From: Promethearchaeota archaeon
GTDB lineage: Archaea; Asgardarchaeota; Lokiarchaeia; Sigyniarchaeales; SOKP01
Direction: 5' to 3'
NCBI GenBank assembly: GCA_048938895.1
Contig: JBHLLU010000001.1
Coordinates: forward strand, 121,937 to 185,936
DNA length: 64,000 nucleotides
The notes under the pieces are model-generated. The model did no database searches, was not told where the DNA came from, and saw only the letters and a list, made by a program, of their open reading frames with translations. A program made the position numbers and the translations under genes. Below are positions 1-8,589 of this stretch, piece by piece (positions within the stretch are counted from its first letter, which is position 1; each line of letters starts with the position of its first letter).

Positions 1-750
1 GCTAGCTTCAGGCAAAAATTTACATTTCAGTAAATTAAAGAAGACTAGAATATATAAACCGGTAACTACAATGATTAAAACTCGTATATCTTGTATAATC
101 AATTGAAATCCAAGCCATTTATTAAGATATATTTCAAATACGACTATCTGTATAAACCATAAACCGAATGCTATTATTGCGGCACCGTAACTAGCATTCC
201 TTAGTATTTTTTTCTCTATACGTTTCTCATCTGCTAAAAACCTATTAATTATAGAAGTAAAAATGAGGCATACAAAAACTAAACTAATACTCCAAAATGT
301 TCCTAAACCAAAATTGGAAGGGTATTCTGGAAGCTCAGGATCTCGTAAAGGGATTTGAAGAAATGCAATCGAAACATATATTGCTGACAAAACCCATGCT
401 GCAATAATTAATAGTTTAATTATTTTCGTAAAACGACCCTTTTGAAGTTCAATCTCATCTGAGGTCTCTCTTAATCCGAATTTCCTGACAAATGGTTTAT
501 GGAGAAAAAGGAATATTGTAAGCATTATCGCAAAGTGCAATGCATCCTTATTCAAAATTTTAAATAATACACCAATGGTTTCAAATACCCCAAGCGTTTC
601 AAATAACATTCGAATGCCTAAAGTAATTCCTAAAAGAATTGCACTAGTTGCCAGTGAACTTAATCTATATATTTTTACAATTGAATCATCTTCAAAGACA
701 AATTTGGTAACTATATATAGAATTAATAATATTACCACAAATGAAAACAT
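1..750 (-). CDS. multi-pass membrane protein, partial (runs off the left edge); probably next gene of the ABC transporter operon
   Basis: Hand-translated open frame on the minus strand: MFSFVVILLILYIVTKFVFEDD...AWVLSAIYVSIAFLQ...FWSISLVFVCLIF...NFLPEAS, no stop before the edge, several hydrophobic helices. The frame stays open upstream of the ATG at 750, so the true start may be a non-canonical codon near 800. Not in the ORF track. Confidence 0.7.
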   Translation of the reverse strand, partial: MFSFVVILLILYIVTKFVFEDDSIVKIYRLSSLATSAILLGITLGIRMLFETLGVFETIGVLFKILNKDALHFAIMLTIFLFLHKPFVRKFGLRETSDEIELQKGRFTKIIKLLIIAAWVLSAIYVSIAFLQIPLRDPELPEYPSNFGLGTFWSISLVFVCLIFTSIINRFLADEKRIEKKILRNASYGAAIIAFGLWFIQIVVFEIYLNKWLGFQLIIQDIRVLIIVVTGLYILVFFNLLKCKFLPEAS

Positions 751-821
751 AGCTTCTATAATTGCAAATCCATAGTTCGCAACTTGAAATGTTATACCAA
801 TAATTTTTACACGCCTCTTAA

Positions 822-1814
822 TTATATATGTAATCGAGGATCTAATGCATCCCTCAATCCATCTCCTATTAACATAAACCCAATAGCCGTAATTGCAATA
901 AAAAGACCGGGCCAAAATACTGCACCATAAGCACCCCAATGATTACGTGCATAATTAATATCGGTACCCCAGTCTGAAAATGAAGCATCCCCTAATCCCA
1001 AGAAAGCAATTGATGTAAAACCTAAAATCGCTCCTGCCATAGCTCCGAAAAAACCAATAATAACGGGAGATATAGCATTTGGCAACACATGTTTAAACAT
1101 AACTTTAAATTTCTCGGCTCCACTTGTTACTGCCGCTTCAACATAAACATTTGTTTTTACCTGCAATACAAGAGCTCTTACCCATCGAGTAGAACCAGGT
1201 ATACCAAGAACTCCATAAAGGATGAGAATATTATATAAATTATTGCCAATCATAGGAGCTAATATAATCACAAGAATTAAGGTAGGAAAGGAGAACCAGA
1301 AATCACAAAACCTCATGAGTAATGAATCTATTCTTCCTCCAAAATATGCAGAAATTGTTCCAAGGGCAAGTCCACCAAGCGTACCTATAATAACCGGAAG
1401 AGCAGCAGCCGTCAAAGCTGTTCTCGCACCCCAAATTAATCGTGCTAGAATATCAAATCCATATTTTGTCGTACCTAATGGATGGTTTGGTGATGGGTCT
1501 TGGAATGGCGTTTCAGGGAGAACATCTCCCCCCGGTGTAATATTATCTAAGGTAAATGGGGTTAACCAAGGACAATACATACCTAAAACGGCAATGAATA
1601 GAATCAATATTATTCCTGCAATTGTTAAAGGAGTAAGAAGACGTCTAAATAATTTTCTTTTCGATTTGATTTTACCGATTTCATATTCGATTTCGTCAAA
1701 CTCTGGTACTCGCCAGCCAGGTATTAAATAAAACTTTATTAGGTGAGAGAATTTAGTTTTCTGTTTTAATTGAATTTTATTTTGTTTTATTTGTTCTAGA
1801 GAAATTTGTGTCAT
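822..1814 (-). CDS. dppC: ABC peptide/nickel transporter permease, DppC/OppC type
   Basis: HPLGT..G.DILARLIWGAR motif, EAA loop (YVEAAVTSGA...HVLPNA), C-terminal GDGLRDALDP. Confidence 0.93.
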   Translation of the reverse strand: MTQISLEQIKQNKIQLKQKTKFSHLIKFYLIPGWRVPEFDEIEYEIGKIKSKRKLFRRLLTPLTIAGIILILFIAVLGMYCPWLTPFTLDNITPGGDVLPETPFQDPSPNHPLGTTKYGFDILARLIWGARTALTAAALPVIIGTLGGLALGTISAYFGGRIDSLLMRFCDFWFSFPTLILVIILAPMIGNNLYNILILYGVLGIPGSTRWVRALVLQVKTNVYVEAAVTSGAEKFKVMFKHVLPNAISPVIIGFFGAMAGAILGFTSIAFLGLGDASFSDWGTDINYARNHWGAYGAVFWPGLFIAITAIGFMLIGDGLRDALDPRLHI

Positions 1815-1829
1815 TTTTATTCACTTTTT

Positions 1830-2900
1830 TTAATATAATATTCTTGGATCTATAATAGTATAGGCAACATCCGCAATGAGAGTGCCTGAGATTATAATGA
1901 GTGTTGAAAAAACTAAGAGACCGTTAATGACCATAAAATCACCAAGTATAATAGAAGTGTACATGGTAAACCCAAAACCTGTGTAGTTAAATGTTACCTC
2001 TACAAACAGCGACCCGAGTAAAGCTGCTGCAGTCCCCGAGATTACAAGATGACTGGTAGGAAGTATAGCATTCCGGAGTGCATGTTTGTTAATGACATCT
2101 TTTTCCATAACCCCTTTTGCACGAGCAGTTCTAATATAATCCTGATCTAGTACCCCTAACATACTGGATCGAGTTTGTCTTGTAACCCCAGACAAGGATA
2201 CGAAAATCATACAAAATACAGGAAGAATCAGATGAACAAGTGTATCCCAAAGATAAACCTGGTCATTATATAAAATACTATCAATGAGTCTAAATCCCGT
2301 ACCCGCACCTTCTGCTGGTACAGGAGTAAATAATATGGGATTATTAGGATTTACTACTTCCAAGAGTACACCTCCATGGGTGAAATCTCTTAGGGTAAGC
2401 CCAATAAAAAATTGTAACAATATGGCAAGGTAAAAGATCGGATATCCTGCCCCAAGAATAGCAATTCCTCTAATTAGCGTATCCCTCGGTTTATCCTTAT
2501 ATTTTGCAGAGGTCACCCCTAGTTTAATTGCTATAATTGGAACAATAATTATAGAAAAAAGCATTAGTTCGATTGTTTTAGGAAAGATTTCTGCGATAAG
2601 AGTAATGACGGGAGTTCCCTCATCTACAATAAATGATTCACCCCAATCTCCTTGGAAGAAATTTTTAAGATATATTCCAAGTTGTATATACCACGGATCA
2701 TAATAACCAGATCGACGTAGTACTCTTTCATACCTAGCACGGTCACCAATTGCTGTACCCGGAATCTTATTTAAAGCAGGATTTACGGCCATCATATGTG
2801 ATAATATCCAAGTAAATATCAAGACCGCTAATAAAATAGGAAACATAAGTAAAATGCGTTTAATCACATACTTGATCATATTTCGAGCCTGACGAGTCAT
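1830..2900 (-). CDS. dppB: ABC peptide/nickel transporter permease, DppB/OppB type
   Basis: MIKYVIKR N-terminus (likely start at the second Met), GDWGES, RSSMLGVLDQDYIRTARAKG...KHALRNA, C-terminal DVAYTIIDPRI. Confidence 0.93.
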   Translation of the reverse strand: MTRQARNMIKYVIKRILLMFPILLAVLIFTWILSHMMAVNPALNKIPGTAIGDRARYERVLRRSGYYDPWYIQLGIYLKNFFQGDWGESFIVDEGTPVITLIAEIFPKTIELMLFSIIIVPIIAIKLGVTSAKYKDKPRDTLIRGIAILGAGYPIFYLAILLQFFIGLTLRDFTHGGVLLEVVNPNNPILFTPVPAEGAGTGFRLIDSILYNDQVYLWDTLVHLILPVFCMIFVSLSGVTRQTRSSMLGVLDQDYIRTARAKGVMEKDVINKHALRNAILPTSHLVISGTAAALLGSLFVEVTFNYTGFGFTMYTSIILGDFMVINGLLVFSTLIIISGTLIADVAYTIIDPRILY

Positions 2901-3073
2901 TTTCTTCCTCTCCTTTCTTAAAACTCATTAAACAATAAGAATACAATAAATAGGGTTGTTTGATGTTTCTTTTTCTTATTGTTGATATAAAATTTATAAT
3001 TTTTTTCTTATTCTGAATATTGATTGTAAAAAAAATTCACTATATTTAACGATTACCATTTGATTAAGGATAT

Positions 3074-3085
3074 TTACGTTCGTAA
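3074..3085. promoter_or_regulatory. palindrome TTAC-N4-GTAA in the divergent dppB/SBP promoter region (candidate operator)
   Basis: TTACgttcGTAA; the same motif is at 6455-6466 and 8318-8329; a related TTTAC-N3-GTAAA is at 3138-3150. Confidence 0.4.
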
Positions 3086-3204
3086 TCGAAGTATTTTGAA
3101 AACTTTAAATAGTAAATTGTCGTAACCTTATATTATCTTTACTTCGTAAAGTAAATTTTGTAAAAAAACTAAAAAAAAAGGTAGTTCGATAAGGAGAAAA
3201 AAAC

Positions 3205-5736
3205 ATGAATAAATCTACAAAAAGTTTAGCTTTTTTCTTGCTATTATCGTCGATAATCCTGCCTGTTTTACCAGCAATTACAGTTGCTCAAGGCACTACT
3301 CATGTCTTTAAATTTGGTGCTTCGGCTTTACCTGATGAATGGGATCCCGCTGTTACCGATTGGTACAATGTAATATGGGGATACTACGGAGTATATGCTC
3401 TTGAATATCCTATGTATTATCCTTCCACCTATTCCCAAGGAACAACAGGACCTATAGAAGATGAGTGGGTAGGGGCGCTTTGTACTGATTGGGTGCTTGA
3501 GCGATGGCCCTCGGAAAATAATTCCAAAGGATTCTATAATACGGGTGGAATAAAAACAGCCACCTATACTCTTCGTGAAGGTGTAAAATTCCACGATGGG
3601 TCCGATTGGAACGCAACAGTATGGAAGTGGAATATTGATCGAGTTAACATGATTAATGGGAATTATACCGGTTTATGCCAAAATACAGTGGATAATGATG
3701 CTGAAGGAAATAATATGCACACTGTTTTTGTAGAAGATTATAAACCTTATTTTACACCATCATGGAATATGTCTAGTTATGACTCACCAAATCTTGGAGT
3801 AACACCTCCTGCGACGGATCCGGGAGTTAACGACTATGCATATTTTAACTTAGGACCTAATGCCTCTTTAGTTGATTATGGTGATGCTGTTAATGCCCTA
3901 ATCTTACCAAATAATACAATTCGCAATCCAACTCCTTATGGTGGTTGGGATTATGCTGCAGGAAATGCCATTCACTATGCACCTTATGATAGGTATCCTA
4001 TTGTTAATTATGTGGAAATCCTTGAAAATCCTCAATCAGGAGGAAAGATCAGAGTTCATTTTAACCATTGGACTATCTCAGGGTTAACAGGGGCTGTAAA
4101 TTTCCCTATGATTTCATACAAAGCTTATCATGATGATTACACTACGAGAGGAATCTACGGATATGAAAATGGTGTAAATGATGATAGAAATGCAGGACCA
4201 GTCACTCACATGATTGGTACAGGACCTTACATATATGTAGAACATGATCAAACAGGTACCCCTCCTGGAGGGTATATGTTAAAGAATCAGAATTATTGGA
4301 ATAGAACCGCTCTTGAAGCAGAGGGATGGTTTGAAGCTGATCGATATGAGCTGATTAATTTCCCTACAGGGCAATTAGGTAAAGATGCACAAAATACTGC
4401 TATGCTTACCCATGCTATAGATTTTGCGTATGATTCTATGTACATGCCTTTAGATTATGACGCCGTAACTGCAAATGATAATATCCGATATGAAACAACA
4501 GGCTCTACAGAGTATAAAACAAATATCGTACTAAATTCAATTAATGAAACGTGGTGGGCGTGGCCGTGGGCTGACACTTGGCGACGAGGATTTTATACTG
4601 GAGCAGGTGATAAGCCTGCAGGTGGGATGCCTCGAGCGCTACGAAAAGCCATGGGATATGCGTTTAATTATGACCTAATGATCCATACTTATCTTAACGA
4701 TCGTGCGATTCGGGGTGCTGGCATGCTGGCTGTACCAGATATTTATTATAATGCCACTTTAGTTGGATCTGACTATTTAGCTTACTATAATAAAACAAAA
4801 GCTCGGGAAATTTTACTTACCACAGAAACAGATCCTCTATTGTTCAATGTATCAACTCCTGTACCTCATGCAATAAATCCTCTCTATAGCGCAGGTTATC
4901 CTTTCGGGGATCATAATTACAAGACTCTTAACCCAGATCTCTATAATTTTAGTAAGATGTGTGCTGATAGGGGGTTAGATGCAAGTAGTACAGACGCTGA
5001 CTGGCAATGGGTAGCTGATAATAATCCAATATATGTCGTTAACTTCTATTGGGACTCTGCTCATGAAGATGTAAAAAATGTGTTTCTTTCATCCCTTCGT
5101 AATATTGGATGTACATTAAAAGATAAAACGGGAGTTACCAATAGAGTTACCACAATAATATGGGATACAGTACGTATAGGTCATTTGACTACGTTTGATG
5201 GAACTTATAGTCTCTTTTCCTGTAATGCGTGGGTAATGGACGAACATTTACCACATGATTCTCCAGAGTTAAATCTCTTTTGGGCTCATGTTGATCCTGA
5301 TAGAGGTCGATGGCGACAATATGGGGCAGGTGGAATTCAGAGCTGGCATTATTGGGGAAATTACGGATTTAATTTTGATGCGGAAGCTGATCGTCTGAAC
5401 GATAAAGTTGCTGTGTCTGATCCTATGGTAAGAAAGAGAATAATTAATGATTGGCAAATTGTTGAACAAACAGATGTTTACCCAAAAATATGGTGTTATG
5501 AAGCCAAAAGTGGTTGGGCTTTATGGAAAGATTGGGAGTATTTCACCCGACCTAATAGATTAGGATTCCAAGATGGCTTCTATGGTGGTATGTCACCCTC
5601 TTTCTTGAGATTTGTGGGACTTCCAGAAGAGTATGCACTAATTCCTGGCTCTCCATTGTTTATTATATTAACCGTTTCAGCAATTTCAACACTTGGAATT
5701 ATTTACGCGATAATAAAAAGAAAAAAATTTCGATAA
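3205..5736 (+). CDS. ABC transporter substrate-binding protein (family 5) with signal peptide and Loki-CTERM-like anchor
   Basis: Signal peptide; YTLREGVKFHDGS, IGTGPY, LRKAMGYAFNY motifs; C-terminal IPG + hydrophobic helix + KRKKFR; AAGGAG upstream; many N-x-S/T sequons. Confidence 0.88.
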   Translation: MNKSTKSLAFFLLLSSIILPVLPAITVAQGTTHVFKFGASALPDEWDPAVTDWYNVIWGYYGVYALEYPMYYPSTYSQGTTGPIEDEWVGALCTDWVLERWPSENNSKGFYNTGGIKTATYTLREGVKFHDGSDWNATVWKWNIDRVNMINGNYTGLCQNTVDNDAEGNNMHTVFVEDYKPYFTPSWNMSSYDSPNLGVTPPATDPGVNDYAYFNLGPNASLVDYGDAVNALILPNNTIRNPTPYGGWDYAAGNAIHYAPYDRYPIVNYVEILENPQSGGKIRVHFNHWTISGLTGAVNFPMISYKAYHDDYTTRGIYGYENGVNDDRNAGPVTHMIGTGPYIYVEHDQTGTPPGGYMLKNQNYWNRTALEAEGWFEADRYELINFPTGQLGKDAQNTAMLTHAIDFAYDSMYMPLDYDAVTANDNIRYETTGSTEYKTNIVLNSINETWWAWPWADTWRRGFYTGAGDKPAGGMPRALRKAMGYAFNYDLMIHTYLNDRAIRGAGMLAVPDIYYNATLVGSDYLAYYNKTKAREILLTTETDPLLFNVSTPVPHAINPLYSAGYPFGDHNYKTLNPDLYNFSKMCADRGLDASSTDADWQWVADNNPIYVVNFYWDSAHEDVKNVFLSSLRNIGCTLKDKTGVTNRVTTIIWDTVRIGHLTTFDGTYSLFSCNAWVMDEHLPHDSPELNLFWAHVDPDRGRWRQYGAGGIQSWHYWGNYGFNFDAEADRLNDKVAVSDPMVRKRIINDWQIVEQTDVYPKIWCYEAKSGWALWKDWEYFTRPNRLGFQDGFYGGMSPSFLRFVGLPEEYALIPGSPLFIILTVSAISTLGIIYAIIKRKKFR

Positions 5737-5759
5737 AATAAATCAAAAATTAAAATCTA

Positions 5760-5790
5760 TTTTCTTTTTTTTTAATTTACTTTTTTTACT
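5760..5790 (+). terminator. oligo-T terminator after the SBP gene
   Basis: tttctttttttttaatttactttttttact shortly after the stop, between convergent genes; similar T tracts follow most genes in the window. Confidence 0.5.
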
Positions 5791-5845
5791 ACAAAACTAA
5801 AAGTGTTTTATTACTAGTCTAATTTCATAAGAAAAAGATAAAAAA

Positions 5846-6352
5846 TTAAACACTCTTTCTGCTAACCATATAACGTTTAGTATACATACCAGCAATAGCC
5901 CCGGAGATTGCTATCCCAAATAACACGATAATATCAATCCAGCCTCTTATATCACCAAATTTTAAGATCAATGGTTCTGCTGAAAGACCAAACATAATGG
6001 CATAAAATATAAAACCTTCAGCAATAATAAGAGGTACTAACCAGATAGAAGCTTTAATACCATAGTGCGGTATATCTTCTTTATAGGTTAATAGAAAACA
6101 AACTAAAAATAATAACAAAGCAGGAAGAAAGAAAGTATCTATATAAGTTGTCCAAGTCCAAAAAAGTATGGATCTATCCATATCATTATAAGAGATCCAG
6201 TGTTCGTAATAATAATCATACATCATCATATTCGCAATAATTCCATAATAGCATAAAAGAGCAATAATGTACAAGGCAAGCAAACCCCCTTGACGCCCCC
6301 AGTCGATTTTTATATGACCTTTTGATGCAATCTCATTAGTTTCAGTTTCCAT
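5846..6352 (-). CDS. hypothetical membrane protein (~4 TM)
   Basis: 168 aa, four hydrophobic segments, AGGT upstream; no family recognised. Confidence 0.75.
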   Translation of the reverse strand: METETNEIASKGHIKIDWGRQGGLLALYIIALLCYYGIIANMMMYDYYYEHWISYNDMDRSILFWTWTTYIDTFFLPALLLFLVCFLLTYKEDIPHYGIKASIWLVPLIIAEGFIFYAIMFGLSAEPLILKFGDIRGWIDIIVLFGIAISGAIAGMYTKRYMVSRKSV

Positions 6353-6453
6353 ATGTGATAACCTTTATAATCCCAAAATTAATACAACTTATCCTTAAAA
6401 ATTCTTTTACAAATTTAAATTCTTTTTATTTTATAGTACTATTTTTTTTTAAT

Positions 6454-6467
6454 TTTACGTGAGTAAA
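6454..6467. promoter_or_regulatory. palindrome TTTAC-N4-GTAAA about 100 bp upstream of the membrane protein gene
   Basis: TTTACgtgaGTAAA seen directly. Confidence 0.4.
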
Positions 6468-6470
6468 GAT

Positions 6471-8282
6471 CTAGCTTGTTAAGAATTCTTTTAATTGGCT
6501 ATCCCAAGTATTATTTTTTGACATTCCATCTTCCCATTCTTGCTTCGATACTTCTTTTAAATATTCAATTCCTGAATTTTTGGGTAATCCTTCTATGATT
6601 TCAATATACCGAGGGACATGAAAATAAGCAAGGTTATGAAATAAAAAATCACTCAGTTCTTTATGAGATATTGTGTGGTTTTTCACTTTCACAGCAATAA
6701 TTTTAAATTCAATATTGACATCATTTCCATTCTGAACAGGAATAACAGAAGATTCAATAATATTTGGGTGTGAATTTGCTACACGCTCAATATCTTTCGT
6801 AAAGATTACTTCATTACCTTTTGATACAATCTCGCTTCGTTTCCCTTTATAATAAACATAACCATCAGTATCGATATAGCCAAAATCACCAGTATGTACC
6901 CAATTATCTTTATCTATGTTTACATCAATTTTATTGGGTTGTCTATAATATTCAAAAGTGTTTCCAGATGATCTCCTTACTACAATTTCCCCAACATTAT
7001 TTGATCCGGAAGGTAAGATCATCCCATTATGGTCAACAATTTTTAAATCTATAAAATCTAGAGGTGCTCCAATTGATCCTATTTTACCACCTTCAGAACC
7101 GAGTTTATTAATAGTTACTCCTACTCCTTCTGTGTGTGACCAGCACTCATGTAATTGAATTCCAAACCTTTCTTCAAAAGACTTCCATAAATCTGTTCCC
7201 GCGCCAAAACCATAAGCAAACTTAATTGAATGAACTCTGTCATTAACTTGAGGTTTTTGATATAACAAATTTGTCAGATGACTGGTAAAATAACAAAAAC
7301 ATGTAGGTTCAAACTTACGGACATCTTGCCAGAAACTCGACGCATCAAAATTTTCAGTAATTATCAATGATTTATCGTACACAATAGAGGGTAATACCAC
7401 AAAAAAATGAGCTGTACTACTGGACAAAGGAATAGGACAAAATATTTTTTCAGCATTGCTAAGACCGATTTCTCTTAATTCAAAACCTAATGCAACACCT
7501 ACTAATACCGTATTTCTATATACGACACCTTTAGGATTTCCAGTTACACCGCTAGAATATTGAATTTCAGTAGGATCATCATTAAATACATTAATTTCGG
7601 GATTTTGAAAATTTTGAGTATACAATGATTTGTATTCCTTAAAATAATCCCCAAAGTTAAATTCCATAGGAGCATTATGCAAAAAGACTTTCTTGATCTT
7701 TGGAAGATTTTTTTTGCATTCTAAATATTCAGTAAAGTATTTATAATCAAGTATTAAAATTTCTGTATCGCTATCTTTCAATATATGTTCCAAGTGACGT
7801 TCACTTATATAAGGATCAATAGGTACAAAAACGCAACCTGCTTTTATTATTCCAAACCAAGTGAAAAGGAATTCTGGGCACGATTCCATAAGTACTGATA
7901 CTTTTGGTGCTTTTAAATCCAATTTCGATATTAAATCAAGAATTCCGTGAGCAATCGTATTAGAATGTTTGTTCATCTCGCTATAAGAATAAACTTCATC
8001 TTTAAAATACAAATAGGGTTTGTTTCTATTTGCTTTAGCTTTAGTTTCTAGCAATTTCGGAAGAGTAGCATTCTCTAATCCGAGATTCCTTATTACTTGT
8101 GAACGTTCGTCGTTCTTTATAATCTTTAATGCTCCATCATCAATTTCAATAATTACTTCTTCATTATCCATGAAGGGAAAATTATCATTTCTGTAAATTT
8201 TACTTGGTATATAGATCCAGGCGCTTTTATAGCCACCATTACCTGACTTTTTGATAGTAATTCTTCCTTTTGCCTCTTTCAT
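6471..8282 (-). CDS. AbrB/MazE-like DNA-binding domain fused to a CaiC-like acyl-CoA ligase fold with degenerate catalytic motifs
   Basis: aa 1-57 GRITIKKSGNGGYKSAWIYIPSKI...FPF.DNEEVIIEIDDGALKII (swapped-hairpin pattern); the remainder is an ANL adenylation fold (YSSGVTGNPKG, WSHTE, HTGD). Confidence 0.8.
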   Translation of the reverse strand: MKEAKGRITIKKSGNGGYKSAWIYIPSKIYRNDNFPFMDNEEVIIEIDDGALKIIKNDERSQVIRNLGLENATLPKLLETKAKANRNKPYLYFKDEVYSYSEMNKHSNTIAHGILDLISKLDLKAPKVSVLMESCPEFLFTWFGIIKAGCVFVPIDPYISERHLEHILKDSDTEILILDYKYFTEYLECKKNLPKIKKVFLHNAPMEFNFGDYFKEYKSLYTQNFQNPEINVFNDDPTEIQYSSGVTGNPKGVVYRNTVLVGVALGFELREIGLSNAEKIFCPIPLSSSTAHFFVVLPSIVYDKSLIITENFDASSFWQDVRKFEPTCFCYFTSHLTNLLYQKPQVNDRVHSIKFAYGFGAGTDLWKSFEERFGIQLHECWSHTEGVGVTINKLGSEGGKIGSIGAPLDFIDLKIVDHNGMILPSGSNNVGEIVVRRSSGNTFEYYRQPNKIDVNIDKDNWVHTGDFGYIDTDGYVYYKGKRSEIVSKGNEVIFTKDIERVANSHPNIIESSVIPVQNGNDVNIEFKIIAVKVKNHTISHKELSDFLFHNLAYFHVPRYIEIIEGLPKNSGIEYLKEVSKQEWEDGMSKNNTWDSQLKEFLTS

Positions 8283-8316
8283 AAAAATTAATCCCCTTAA
8301 ATTCAGTTACGTTAGC

Positions 8317-8330
8317 ATTACTACCGTAAT
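8317..8330. promoter_or_regulatory. palindrome ATTAC-N4-GTAAT 35 bp upstream of the AbrB-ligase start (candidate autoregulatory operator)
   Basis: ATTACtaccGTAAT, flanked by partial copies at 8307 (TTACgttaGCAT) and 8331 (TTAAtaaaGTAA). Confidence 0.42.
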
Positions 8331-8589
8331 TTAATAAAGTAAGATACAATTATTTAAAACGTTTTCCTCTTTTCTTAATCATTTGTTATTATATTTCGAA
8401 AAATTTATCAAAAGATAATACGTGTTATAAGAACGAACTTGCTACAAATAACATATGAGTGATAATTTATGCGATAAAAGAATAAAACAATTAGTTTTTG
8501 AATATACGTATTGAGATCTTAACTACTTTTACAATTAAAACAAAAATACCAAAAATATTTTTAATTTAACTTTTTCCTTCTAATATAAT

